Shown: positions 1 through 12,926 of the stretch, piece by piece | Position numbering within the stretch: the first letter of the stretch is position 1 | Layout of the letters: the number at the start of each line of letters is the position of its first letter | Source: Eledone cirrhosa | Lineage: Eukaryota | DNA: 64,000 nt | NCBI GenBank assembly: GCA_964016885.1 | Contig: OZ024740.1 | Location: forward strand, 153,946,001 to 154,010,000 | Direction of reading: 5' to 3' | The notes under the pieces: model-generated | Seen by the model: only the letters and a program-made list of their open reading frames with translations | The model's database searches: none | What the model was told of the DNA's origin: nothing | Made by a program: the position numbers and the translations under genes

Positions 1-480
1 AAAATTATTAGTTAGGTTTGGAGGAAGTAGCATTGCCAATGAGCTTTGCTGACGTAATTAATGTGCCGCTTATGCTTAAGCAAATCGACGATTACTGTAA
101 ACATGTGTAACGAAGGAATTCCATGAAACTGACGCTCTGAAAAAAAATGGACTGGGTGGGTTCTACTTGATAAATCCGAGTATGGTCAATTTAATAACTA
201 GCAGTATTGTTTGAGAGTTAACGGAGGAGCATATATGCGACCGGTTTCCTGTTAAAAATCTCGCTCAAATCCCACCACAGCATCTTAAGAGAAAGGCTAA
301 GTTATATAAAGTGCTCTTAGATACTCTTATAAAGACTGGATGATTAAGGCTTAAATATATCTAATCACAGGTCTTCTAGAAACAAATTATTTTACTCGAC
401 TATCATAACTCCTTAATGTGATCACTTGACTTGCTAGAATTAGCAGTTCGATCAAGGTTCATCTGGACCAACACAACAGT

Positions 481-663
481 AATAATTGTTTCTACTTTTG
501 GCACAAGGTCAGCAATTGCCCAGTGCATTAATAGTACTTTATTTTATCGACCCCGTAAGGATGAAAGGCAAAGTTAATCTCGGCGGGATTTGAACTAAGA
601 ATGGCAAGGGTCGTAACTCTATGCGTCAAAGCATGGCGTCCGACCCTCTACCGATACTGCCAA
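481..663 (-). mobile_element. tRNA-derived SINE (family S1), slightly 5'-truncated
   Basis: Minus strand has A-box-like TGGCAGTATCGG, B-box-like GTTCAAATCC, core CTTTGCCTTTCATCCTTACGGGGTCGATAAAATAAAGTAC and an ATT tail. Flanking duplication caacacaacagtaataat at 469-486 and 692-709. More than 10 similar copies in the window. Confidence 0.85.
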
Positions 664-798
664 CGAAAAACAACATTGTTTGCTGTTATTACAACACAAC
701 AGTAATAATAACAGCAAACAATGTTGTTTTTCGATTCAATCGACAATTACTTAATCCCTTTAAATGTTTGGCTGTTTACGAAAATTAAATATTATTTA

Positions 799-1301
799 TT
801 AGCAGACGTACCCGTGCCTAGCAGAGTTAATTAAGACCAAGAATAAATAGAGTCGCAGGAATATATTGTGGATAAATTGCTTTTAAATTATGTTAATAGT
901 CTTAGTTTGTCTGGGAATGTTGATTAATTCAGTCGATATCGAGACGAAATTTCAGACTGACTTTTACAAAATATAGAATATAAAATAAAATTTTACTTTT
1001 ACATTTTTCAATTTTCTCAGAAAATAATTAATTTAGTTAATTATATGAATTAATACAATATTTTTCCTTTTATATAATTAGTTTAAATAAATTATTTTTC
1101 TAATTAGTAACTTCCAGTGTCTATTGTCTTCCTTGGGGTGTTTTCTGTCTGGAGTTAAAAAGAACGAATACCAGAAAAAAGGTCACAGTTCATAGCCTTC
1201 TTCTGTAAGAGATGTGCACCTAGGCAAACCTTCAACTACTAAGGAGCAAAACTGTGACCAACAATGTGTAGCATATATACATTCAGTTTTATATATTAAG
1301 A
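799..1301 (-). mobile_element. Non-autonomous Helitron-like element (degraded)
   Basis: Minus strand starts A|TCTTAATATATAAAA and ends with an imperfect GC-rich hairpin (ctctgctaggcacggg) followed by tacgtctgCTAA|T, matching the Helitron 5'-TC / 3'-hairpin-CTRR pattern. Confidence 0.5.
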
Positions 1302-2088
1302 TATTAGTTAAATCGTTATAGAAATAGGGAATAGAAAGAGCCCTTCACTCCTGATGGAGTTGTAGGGGCGTCCTTCTGACACTCAGTCTTTTTAAAGCAT
1401 TTTAAACCTGGCAAAGCCCACCTCCTTCCAGCCGATTTCTTCTAAAGAAGGAGAAATGAACAGAAGTATCGCTCCCAGTCTTGAAATTATACGTTATTTA
1501 ACGACCTCGAAATGATGAAAAGCAAAGTTTACTTCGGTGAGGTAAGAACTCAGAGCGCCGAGAGACAATATCGACTCTTCCAATACGCCGGATATGTGTG
1601 TAAAAAGAAAATAGAGCCCTGAATAATCGCATCATATGGCACCGGATATACAAAACAAATGTATGATATATATAGTATTACACAAACGTTGTCAATACGT
1701 AAAAGTTATTTATTTATATTACTTGTAAAAAGATTTATTTATTTTCATTTCTCTTCTAACTCTTTGTAAAATGGCGGATATGAGTCGTTTGATAATTTCT
1801 TTCGATGCCATTAAAATGTAATCCACACATATCTCTTATTCTTCTCATATGGTTGCTGACTTGGAAGTTGTTGCAGCAGTTTATATTTCTTAGATTATTT
1901 TCACTAGTAGTAGTTGATATTCTAAACTATATCCCTAAATAACCACAGTTATATTTTTATTATTTTATTTTTTTTATTGGTTTCAGTCATTGGATGCAAT
2001 TCCCAGCACTTTTGTTTTCAAAGTCTGGAACTAATTTTATCCATTTGTAATTGTTAGAGCTTATAAACATGGATATACGCACACTTTT

Positions 2089-2162
<74 letters not shown>

Positions 2163-2171
<9 letters not shown>

Positions 2172-2505
2172 TAAAGGGTCGAGAGCCATATTCAGTTGAT
2201 TCAGGTTTATTTAAAACTCTGTTATACATATTTCACTGAGGATTATCAGTTAAGACAGCCTAAGCTCTTCAGACGACAAAACCTAAAATAAACATTGAAA
2301 GTTCCTAAGAAACCAATAAATTTGGAAAAATCCAAAAATTTCCCCGAATAACATTTTCTTTTCATGATACAGGGGGCCGGCTGAACGCGTCGTGTTGTTT
2401 CTTCGACGGACGGCTCCCTGATAGTCCTCATTTAAATATGTATAACGGAATTTTAAATAAACCTGAATCAACTTAATATGGCCTCCAATCTTTTATTAAT
2501 ATATA
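2163..2505. mobile_element. Fold-back PLE terminal-repeat remnant (family H1)
   Basis: Arms 2163-2249 and 2418-2505 are imperfect inverted repeats next to (TA)n. 2190-2365 is homologous, in reverse, to 19190-19370. Confidence 0.75.
2218..2277 (-). ncRNA. Hammerhead ribozyme motif, type I (family H1)
   Basis: Minus: gtcgt CTGAAGA gcttagg...cctcagt GAAA tatgta TA acaga. Confidence 0.65.
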
Positions 2506-2654
2506 ATGCTCCTTCCTTTACCATTTCTACAGGTCACTGAGCGCTTCTTTTTATCTGCTTCACAACCGACAGACCATAATGTGATCCTCACATCCCTCTT
2601 CTGTTAACCCAATACTCTAATATATATATACATATAAAAGGATCCATAGACTTT

Positions 2655-2851
2655 CGTCAAATCGGACCGAGGAAACAATGTTTCCGTTGGTCTTTCCAGT
2701 TGCTAATACCGTCTATCGGTCGCAACTCCAGGTAGAAGGCGCAGCGTGAAATAAAGTGTCTTGCTCAAGGACATAACACGTCGCCCGGAATCGAGCTCAC
2801 AACCTCATGATTGTGAGTCCATTTCTCTTACTACTCAGCCACACGCCTTCA
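2655..2851 (-). mobile_element. tRNA-derived SINE (family S2)
   Basis: Minus: GGCGTGTGGCTGAGTAGTAAG (A box) ... GAGCTCGATTCC (B-box-like), then the conserved SINE core TGTCCTTGAGCAAGACACTTTATTTCAC. Confidence 0.7.
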
Positions 2852-2852
2852 C

Positions 2853-3132
<280 letters not shown>

Positions 3133-3641
3133 TAAAAGGAATTCCAACTTTGTCTGATTTACTCGTTTTATTTACAATCCTTTAAAATTTATAATGGTAT
3201 TAGAATGAAATAGTATGGTAGAATATTAAATGTTAAGTGTTAATTGAACAAGTACTTTCATGCTTTCGCAATCCTCAGGTTCATAATGTGTGGTGACAGT
3301 CAAGTTTGCAATTTTCAACTGTAATGAGATGAGTAAATTTTGTGCCTTATATACAGTGAAAAGTGGCTCCAGAATGCTAAATCTTACAAACTGTATTTCG
3401 ACCAATCGGTGTGTAGTTTCACTGGATTACTAAAGCTGATTGGTTTAGGCGTCACGGTTGGTTGAGCATGCCTAACGACTACTAATTGACCCTATCCAAA
3501 GCATCAATTATTTTGCTATTTTTAGAAATGATGAAGATAGCATTTTCTAGTAATCATCACCATCACTTTTATTATTATTATTATTATTGTTGTTGTTGTT
3601 GCTAGTGATCGTAGTCATAGTCATAGTAAGATACCCCATTA

Positions 3642-4625
3642 TTATTGTTCATTTAGCTTGGGTTTGAATTTATCAATAAAATTCTTTTCTTTGATTTTTC
3701 TCTTGATTTCACTTGGGCTGTGTAATTTGTAGAATGGGAATATTATGAATATTCCCTGACCACATGTTGCTAGATGGTTACTTAGGAGTATCTGACGGAT
3801 TTTTGGGTCTCTGATTTGCATTTGGGAATATTTTTCCAGTTTTTGTTTTCATATATTGACCGGCGTGTATGGATTGACATGTGCCACATCGACTATCATT
3901 GCATTTAGATACAGTGAATGATTGGTCTTTGTTGTTAAGGTCAAACTTTGCTTTTGTTAGTAATTGCTTCAAATTTTTCGGCTGTCTTTTACTAAGAGTC
4001 AAAGATCAATCTGTGATTAAGCCTTTTAATTCATTACTTTGAGCAATGATCGGTAGGTTTGCTTTGGCCGTGTTGAAAATATTCTGGTGACATGGGTTGT
4101 GTGTCCTTATAAAGGGTATGACCAGTTGTTGGTTTCTTCTTCCTTGTGTTGTCCTAAGTTGTTGTATAGGTATTTTTATAGCCCGCTGTATGCCATTTTC
4201 TATAAGTAGAGATGGGTATTTTTGTTTGAGCAAAAATTCTCTTAGTTCTGTTAGGCGTTTGTACCTGGTATTCGTATCTTCTACACTGGTACAAATTCTT
4301 CTGGTTAGGTAGTATGGGATGTTGCGTTTTGTATGAGGTGGATGGCACGACTTAAAATTCAGATATTGATGGGTGTCTGTGTGTTTATAATATATATCCG
4401 TGGTAATGGTGGTATCGTTTTTGATTATCATTATATCTAGGAATGGTAATTTGGTACTACTCATCTCTTTTGTGAATTGGAGAGATAGGTGTAGGTTATT
4501 CAGGAGGATATTGAACTCATCCAGAGTATCTAGAGATTCTGTCCAGACGATGAAACAGTCGTCAAGGTATCTCTTCCAAGATTTTTCAATGTACTTTCTA
4601 AAGTCAGTGATATATTTTTCCACTA
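3642..4625 (-). pseudogene. Penelope-like element RT C-terminus, linker and GIY-YIG remnant (disrupted)
   Basis: WKRYLDDCFIVW (RT YxDD), LPFLDIMI, TDIYYKHTDTHQYLNFKSCHPPHTKRNIPY, KRQPKNLKQLLTKAKF, CNDSRCGTC, and C-terminal EKNFIDKFKPKLN. Frameshifts and an internal deletion are present. Confidence 0.92.
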
Positions 4626-5245
4626 TTAATTCTTCATTGAGCCACATTGTGAACGGTTGCCACATATATATCTGTGACTTTATGTATATGTAAATCTTCA
4701 TATTTAATAATCTCCCGTTGGGTTGAGATGCAATTTAGGCGATATTGGGCTGCGCTTTCTAGCAACCAGCCTACTCGCCGTAAGCAACTAATCACATTCT
4801 TTCTAACTTGACCACTGCCACGTCACGATTCTTAGCCATTTTTTAAATCTATTTCTGGCGGGTATCGCTTTGGAAAATTAACTGTCCTATTGAGTTTGTC
4901 TCCTGATGAGTTCGATACTCGAGATTTATCCTTAATAGGATATCTCAAAATACGAAAGAAACCATGGTAGGGATTTATTACGGTAAGAATGTACGCATTT
5001 CTTCTAACTTTAAATGTATACCTAATTGTGTATGGTTGACGGTATATTTAGTCAATTTCTACATGCTGTTGAAATGTTGGGTAAATACTCTATTGCGGTC
5101 AGCCGCGAAGAGGCTGCTTTCGGTTATTTATCAAATATTTCTTCATAGGAGCCTTTATTCTTATAGCCTGGTCTAATTGATTTTTTATGTGGTTAATTAT
5201 GCTAATTGGGAGAGGAAATAGTGTATATATTTTATCTAATGATTC
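4624..5245 (+). mobile_element. Inverted 5' pseudo-LTR of the adjacent PLE
   Basis: Contains an HHR antisense to the RT remnant, ends in (TA)n, and is homologous to 22516-22905. Confidence 0.65.
4898..4974 (+). ncRNA. Hammerhead ribozyme motif, type I (family H2)
   Basis: gtctc CTGATGA [long stem II ttcg..gagat..atcct taat aggat atctc..cgaa] GAAA ccatgg TA gggat. Palindromic stem III; predicted GUA cleavage after 4969. Confidence 0.85.
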
Positions 5246-5262
5246 TATGGACATGATTTATG

Positions 5263-5336
<74 letters not shown>

Positions 5337-6549
5337 AGAGAGAGAGATTCGTTGACAAGTATATTAATGTGCACAGACACGCAGATATATTGCCCTTGGT
5401 ATGACAGTGTGGTTTTAGCTCAATGTAGGATAACTAGTACACTACAGAGCCGCTATAATTGTATATTCTGACAACCGTTGTGTGTTACTAGCGAGAGGGT
5501 AATATTTGAAATTTGAAATTGTGGAATATGAATTGTGCTGCAAATATGATGAATTATAGAACCACACTCAAGGCAGCGTGCGACGGTTGATACTGACTTC
5601 CAGCCGACCCAGGAGGGGTTATACCCGACTGTGAAAGGATTGCTACCTCCGGATTCAGTAATCTACACGAAAACCACGTGGCGGACTTGTAAACAAAATT
5701 GTTGTCATTAACAGTTTTAGCCGTGAGTTTACTATATATCCTACAGTATCTGCACACAACAGAAATTTTTCACACACTCTAATAAACGCGCTTATTAATG
5801 TAACCATAACTGATTTTCCTTCACTCTGCCATAGGTAATTCCGTAAGCGGAGTTTTCTACATACGCTTTCTGTCTACGCTTTCTGTCTACGCGACTGACT
5901 AGCCATCACGAATAACATTTACTGTGGTATATTTGCATATGGTATGGCACTTCAGTTCGATGCCAACTCGAATATACGGTGTATTTCACTTGGGACGTTG
6001 GGTTCCGTGACCGAACGTGAGGACTTTGGGAGATAGGAGATATTGCGGACCTGTCTTATTTTCACTTTCGTCACTGGAGTGCCAGCTGTACATGTACCCT
6101 ACTCTGCTTCACCTCATCGTACTTTTCTTTATTTTAGATTTAAGATATTTATTGCAGACTGCCTATGTGGAGAAATCCTCTGGATATGTTTTGGAGACAT
6201 AGTGTTATATCGCCTAACGCTTGGAACTGGAACCAATGGATGGACATCCTGTATTTGCACTGCTTGTGAATTGATGTATCTCTGATTTGTTTGTTTTTTT
6301 GTTGTTTTTTTATCATGCTGGGTAACACCCTTACTCACTTCTTGCTATCCTCTCTCAAGCTCCTTATCATCTATTGCACCATTTATGTGATAAACTTTTG
6401 ATGTAAATTTTTAATGACATTTTATGACATTATGTGCGTCATGTATTGTGTTTTTCTATATAACGCTGGCCTTGGGACCTGTCCTTTATCCTTGTTCTGG
6501 TGACTGAGCTTGATGGAGCCTGCAACCTTTGATATATTTTTGTTTATAA

Positions 6550-6594
6550 GCTCTGATGATTCCTGCCATAGGGTATGGATGAAACACTGTTAGC
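6550..6594 (+). ncRNA. Hammerhead ribozyme motif (family H3) in a PLE-type 3' end
   Basis: gct CTGATGA ttcctgccatagggtatggat GAAA cactg TT agc. Paralog at 40393-40437. Followed by aataaa and TA/CA repeats. Confidence 0.75.
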
Positions 6595-6679
6595 AAATAA
6601 AACAATGTATTTCTAAGCACTCTTTGGTTATTCCTAAACTTATATATGTATATATACATAAACACACACACACACACAT

Positions 6680-6738
<59 letters not shown>

Positions 6739-6806
6739 ATATATATGTATATATATATATAATATATATATATATATATAATGTAATATATATATATATA
6801 TATATA

Positions 6807-6885
<79 letters not shown>

Positions 6886-6934
6886 ATATATATATATATA
6901 TATATAATATAATATATATATATATATATATATA

Positions 6935-7008
<74 letters not shown>

Positions 7009-7049
7009 GATATTAATAAATGGAAACTATATTTATAAAACCATATTTA

Positions 7050-7110
7050 TTTCATTATACATATTTCAGGGATACCAAATTAAATTATGGTATGCCTTCA
7101 TCAGACAAAA
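7050..7110 (-). ncRNA. Hammerhead ribozyme motif (family H4, inverted copy)
   Basis: Reverse complement of 10179-10239. Confidence 0.75.
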
Positions 7111-7314
7111 TACAATATATAACAGTTTTACAAATAAGCTTTGACGTACCCTATTAAAATGCAACAATTGTTTTTGGAAGCCATCCGGATAGTGATTTGT
7201 TTATATTACTTTAATAAGTCATAGTGTTAAGGACAATTAGAAAAAGACGGAGAGAAAGAAAAAAAAGAAAAAGACGGAGAGAAAGAAAAAAAAGAAAAAG
7301 ACGGAGAGAAAGAA

Positions 7315-8402
7315 ATTAATCTAAAAGTAGAAATAGAGAATAACCATAAAATAGTCAATTTTCTTGACGTAACACTAAATCTCAACACATGTCTTCATTA
7401 TCCATTTCACAAACTAAATGAGAACTTGAATTATGTTAATTTTAACTCTAATCACCCCAGATATGTTAAAAATACTATAGTGAACTCTGTTCAAGAAAGA
7501 ATTTCAAGAATTTCATCTAATAAAAATATATTTGATGAAAAAGCGCAGTATTACAACGAAGCGTTAGGTAGAGCTGGATATAGAAATGAAATTAAATACA
7601 TTGATAATAATAATAATAAGCAAACTAACCAAAATAATAACAATTTTAATTATGGTAACAACTTTAGCAACTATAATAGAAAACATTACAATAATTCCAA
7701 AAGCCGAAAAAGAAATAGAACTAGAAACATATTATGGTTTGCTCCCCCTTTCTCACTAAATATTAAAACCCCTATTGCCAAACTATTCTTTAAAGCTCTT
7801 GACAAACGCTTCCCTAGAACACATAAATATTACTCAATTTTTAATAGACACACTATAAAATTAACTTACTCGTCCACCAAAAATTTAGCACAAAATATTA
7901 ATAGAATTAATAATAGAAATTTAAAACCTAACCAAAATACCAATAATAACCCAAGCAATATTCAATTGAATAACTGTAACTGTAGAAATAAATCTAACTG
8001 TCCGTTAAATAACAACTGCTTAGCTAAAATGTAGTGTACAATTGTAATGTTAAAACTAATTTAAATTCATTTAACTATGTTGGTTCTACCTCTACTGAAT
8101 TTAAATTTCGCTTCAATAATCATAAAAATTCTTTCACAGATCCAAACAAAAAATCTTCAACTTCGCTATCTAGCCTACTATGGGACCTAAAACGAGATAA
8201 TGTTAAATATTCGATGACTTGGAATATTATTTCAAAAGCTACTCCTTTTAATTCCTCTTCAGAAAATTGTGATCTTTGTATTGAAGAAATATTCTTTATA
8301 TTAAAGTCCAAAAATTCCCTTAATTTAAGGAACAATTTATTCAGTTGCTGCAGACATAGATTGAACTCAACGTTTAAATATAAATATAAATTTAAAATGT
8401 AG
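7315..8402 (+). pseudogene. PLE RT C-terminus, Cys-rich linker and GIY-YIG endonuclease, one frameshift near 8030
   Basis: IVNFLDVTLNLN..PFHK..YVNFNSNHP, ILWFAPPFS, IFNRHTIKLTYS, CNCRNKSNCPLNNNCL, VVYNC..NYVGST..FKFRFNNHKNSF, CDLCIEE, LNLRNNLFSCCRH. Confidence 0.9.
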
Positions 8403-9497
8403 TATATTAATTAAGTAATTTAGTTAATATATAAAACCTGTCGATAAATCATTAGATTCCTTCACCTTTTTCTTTTTAAACTTTCTTCCTAAATATAAAC
8501 ATAGATATAATAAACTACTTTAAAATGTCTATACTTTCAATATCTTAAATAAAATATACGTAGGATAAATTTCTATACTAAATATAAGGATATCTGTAGA
8601 ATCCTGGTTTTTTAAAATCTTTTAAATTTTTGAATTTTAAAAACTTTTTAAATTTTTCTTGAAATTTTTTGAAACTTTGAAATTTTTAAATTTTTAAATT
8701 TTTAAATTATATTGATATAATATTTATTTAACTTTTATTTTATTTTTATTTTTATTTTTATTTATTTTTATTAGTTTGGCTTTGATTCTGATGGCTTCTC
8801 ATAATTCTCATAAGTCTACCCTTTCAATATCTTGATTGAAATATAAGTAGGATAATTTTCTATACTAAATATATGAAACATATTATTTTAACTTAAGATA
8901 CTCTATAGTGTTTTAAAGATATTTAATGCTTTGACATTTCTAGAATTCGTTTGTCCTTTTGACTATACTGATATAGTTGTATTTCCAAAATATAATCCTT
9001 TGGTATTTTAAATTTATATTGGTATAATTATATTTCCAAAGTTTAATCCTTAGTAATATATTGATATTTGATTATCTCTATACAAATGTCTATGTGTGTA
9101 TTAACATGCATATAAAAGTGTTATAGTTTTTTTATGATTGTATATATGTCTGTATGTATACATGAGTGATGCGTGAAAACGCACGCAGATATTTATTTAT
9201 ACATATATAGGTGTATATGTATATGTGTGTGTGTATGTATATGTGTGGGTAAGAGTTATGTTGCATAACCACGCAGTTTGGATTGCAGATATGCATAATT
9301 TTAACAAAATGTTAAATGCATGAATGGTAATCATATATATGAAGACATGAATGTTAATCATATATATTTATGTATATATATACTGTGAACTTTTTATAAC
9401 ACAAGGAATGTATAGCAGTGATTAAGAGAAATCGTCTGCGTTTTATATGTCTATATTGTTGACTTGAGTAAATATAATTTCTATTTTCAGGACGGGC

Positions 9498-9563
<66 letters not shown>

Positions 9564-10178
9564 GTGTCTTTGCCTGAGATACTGACTTCTCTTGCAATAT
9601 GTACATTTTGGAGATTAAACCCAAATTTTGGTATATTGAGCTCAAGGTTTAAACTAAACATATAGTCATTATTAAACAATGTTTAATTTCTCATATTATA
9701 TATTTATGTCCCATTCATGAATATTAATATTTATATTTTTATTATTCATTTCATATGAATTGTTAACTCAACTTAATATGACATGACGTAAAGTTTTCAT
9801 AATCTCCTTCTCTCTATATATAATATTTCTCTCTCTTGAGTTTTTCTATCTGTCTGTTGACTTAATATCTCTCTGTTGCTTTCCTCTGTTTTTCTTATTT
9901 CTTCCTATTTTCTTCTTTCTTCCTTTCCTCCTGTCTTTACTTATCTCTTTCTTTTTTCTCCATGCATCTCTCTCTCTCCGATATTTCTCCACATTTTTTT
10001 CTTTCTCTCCGTCTTTTTCTTTTTTTTCTTCTTTCTCTCCGTCTTTTTCTAATTGTCCTTAACACTATGACTTATTAAAGTAATATAAACAAATCACTAT
10101 CCGGATGGCTTCCAAAAACAATGGTTGCATTTTAATAGGGTACGTCAAAGCTTATTTGTAAAACTGTTATATATTGTA

Positions 10179-10239
10179 TTTTGTCTGATGAAGGCATACC
10201 ATAATTTAATTTGGTATCCCTGAAATATGTATAATGAAA
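10179..10239 (+). ncRNA. Hammerhead ribozyme motif (family H4)
   Basis: ttttgt CTGATGA aggcatacc..ggtatccct GAAA tatgta TA atgaaa, followed by aataaa. Confidence 0.78.
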
Positions 10240-10509
10240 TAAATATGGTTTTATAAATATAGTTTCCATTTATTAATATCGTATATCTACTCCAAATACG
10301 TGTCGAGTGCTTTATATCAGTTATAAAAATATTTACTTGTTGTATCCCAACAATTTTAAATAGAACTTTTGCATATATATATATATATATATAAACGTTT
10401 GAATATGTATAATAAAGCCAAAACAATGCAGGTATGGACATAGAAAAAGAATGCAATTGCAAAAGATATTGTTGACAATTCGTCTTTTACCTTAGATTTA
10501 TTTTAAACG

Positions 10510-10546
10510 TCCTTAATTTTCGAAATAATATCTCTTCTTCAGAGGG
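10510..10546 (-). ncRNA. Minimal hammerhead ribozyme motif (family H5, sense to the element)
   Basis: Minus: cct CTGAAGA agagatattatttc GAAA at TA agg. Confidence 0.72.
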
Positions 10547-10935
10547 AAATAAAGGTCTCAAACCAGCGTTCTAAATATCTTGCCAAGCCATGCTGACAGG
10601 AAATAGTATAGAGTATCTGTTCTATCTCTAATGTCAAAGAGTTAAAATTAGATGAAGAGTAGTCTCCCTTTAAAAGGGGTTTGTTTAGGGTTTTTTTTTT
10701 ATATACATGCCTGTTTAAGTGTGTGGGAGAATGCATGAAAGTGTAAGTATGTGAGTGTGTGTGTGTGAGTGTGAGAAGATAAGTCTATTCGTAAATGTGG
10801 GGGATAGGTGTTATCTGGTGTTAGAACTGGTTTTGTGTGTGTATGTGTGAGAGAGAATAAGTGGAGGTGTAAGCGTGTGTGTGTGTGCGTGCGTGTGTGT
10901 GTATTGGGTGTGTAAATATGGGGCTAGAAGCCCTA

Positions 10936-11551
10936 TCAGGTTATAAATTGGGTGTTGAGTTCTAGTCTATTATTGATAGGTGGTTTGTGTTTTATCTATA
11001 ATTAGTGCTTCCTTAATTCTAAGATTGCCGAGGTTTCTTTCCTTAGTTTCTATCCTAACTGTTATGGTTTTGTCGGTGTTTTTGCATTTAACTAGGTGTT
11101 TCTTAAATGAGGAAGCGTTAGTATTGAGGTGTTCTTTTATTCTTATGTGGAATGGTCTGGTGGTGCTACCTTCGTAGAACTTGTTGCATTTGTCACACTC
11201 TAGTCTGTATACGACGTAAGCCTGGTGGCATAGGTCTGTGTCGTTGATGGGGCAGTTGGCTAGTCTGAAGCAGTTGTCATGTCTGGTGGAGTGTCTTTTG
11301 GCTAGCTGTCCGCGCAGAGAAGGACCTGAGTGGGCCAGTTGGATATCTAGTCCTTCTCGTCTGATGGCTCTGCGGATTGCTGTTGTTGTTTCTTCACTGA
11401 AGCGTGGGAGCTTCAGGAAGCAAGTGTTAGTGCCTCGGGTATGGTGTCCTCTGTTCTTTCTGGCACGGTTTGTGGTGGATGTCGTGTATCCGTTCAGTTT
11501 GGGTACTTCCAGGAAATGGGTGGTGTGTGTGTCTCGGTCTCTAGCGTCGGT
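10936..11551 (-). pseudogene. PLE linker and GIY-YIG endonuclease remnant (absent from the ORF track, no start codon)
   Basis: Manual translation: FLKLPRFSEETTTAIRRAIRREGLDIQLAHSGPSLRGQL..CFRLANCPINDTDLCHQAYVVYRLECDKCNKFYEGSTTRPFHIRIKEH..LRIKEALII. Confidence 0.88.
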
Positions 11552-11598
11552 GCATGGCTTGGCAAGATATTTAGAACGCTGGTTTGAGACATTTATTT

Positions 11599-11635
11599 CC
11601 CTCTGAAGAAGAGATATTATCTCGAAAATTAAGGA
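11599..11635 (+). ncRNA. Minimal hammerhead ribozyme motif (family H5, inverted copy)
   Basis: cct CTGAAGA a gagat att atctc GAAA at TA agg. Confidence 0.75.
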
Positions 11636-11796
11636 CGTTTAAAATAAATCTAAGGTAAAAGACGAATTGTCAACAATATCTTTTGCAATTGCATTCTTTT
11701 TTCTATGTCCATACCTGCATTGTTTTGGCTTTATTATACATATTCAAACGTTTATACCTCATTACACAATGCTTCAAGTGAACTATAACCTCCTCC

Positions 11797-11899
<103 letters not shown>

Positions 11900-11900
11900 G

Positions 11901-11938
<38 letters not shown>

Positions 11939-11944
11939 TGTATA

Positions 11945-11989
<45 letters not shown>

Positions 11990-11994
11990 GTATA

Positions 11995-12049
<55 letters not shown>

Positions 12050-12080
12050 ATATATATATATATATGTATATATATGTATG

Positions 12081-12112
<32 letters not shown>

Positions 12113-12146
12113 ATATATATGTATATATATGTATATATATATATAT

Positions 12147-12187
<41 letters not shown>

Positions 12188-12220
12188 TATATAAATATAA
12201 ATTAGCGAGAATCGTATTTT

Positions 12221-12302
<82 letters not shown>

Positions 12303-12304
12303 TA

Positions 12305-12364
<60 letters not shown>

Positions 12365-12407
12365 TAATATATATATATATATACTAATATATATATATAT
12401 ATATATA

Positions 12408-12439
<32 letters not shown>

Positions 12440-12451
12440 CTAATTTATCGC

Positions 12452-12507
<56 letters not shown>

Positions 12508-12769
12508 CGGCGATAAATTAGTTTTGCGAGGTTTTTTATATGAAATCGTGTGTCGAAACAAATATTGTTATACTTGGGGAGGGTCATATTTGTGTAATAT
12601 TGCCAGAATTAATAACAGAACACACTCACTGTCTGGTTGGTTTTCGCTTCTCGCTTCTGTGTCTTTTATATCGGTAATCTAACTTACTCGGTGCTTAATG
12701 TTTCCATTGACTGACCGACGGTCAAAAATAATACAGATACAATATAGACACAAACACATATATATAGTT

Positions 12770-12813
12770 TATCATAAATCTTTCGTTGCACATCTGCAAC
12801 ATCGTCAGTGGTG
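12770..12813 (-). ncRNA. Hammerhead ribozyme motif (family H6)
   Basis: Minus: cacca CTGACGA t gttgca gatg tgcaac GAAA gatt TA tgata. Stem I is weak. Confidence 0.65.
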
Positions 12814-12926
12814 CTATCGTTTCCTCCTGTTGTATTGTATGTCTACGCCATTTTTTTTTGGCGTAGACATGGCGGAAAATGGCGGAAAATGGCGTAGACA
12901 TACAATACAACAGGAGGAAACGATAG

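Larger units (their letters stand above)
7009..10372 (+). mobile_element. 5'-truncated Penelope-like element (Naiad-like) with inverted 5' pLTR
   Basis: 7009-7314 is a near-perfect inverted copy of about 9995-10281. It encloses an RT-thumb/GIY-YIG remnant and a ~1.9 kb 3' UTR. Both ends abut (TA)n. Confidence 0.9.
10390..11796 (-). mobile_element. 5'-truncated Penelope-like element with inverted 5' pLTR
   Basis: 10390-10593 and 11552-11756 are near-identical inverted repeats around a GIY-YIG remnant. (TA)n on both sides. Confidence 0.9.

Noticed and set aside
1950-2050. Polypyrimidine tract plus TTTCAG suggesting a host exon
   Set aside because: Short, no recognisable protein and no partner exons; unsupported without RNA data.
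7426-8402. Selenocysteine or programmed frameshift in the Naiad-like ORF
   Set aside because: No in-frame TGA seen; the break near 8030 is best explained by a 1-nt deletion in an A-run.
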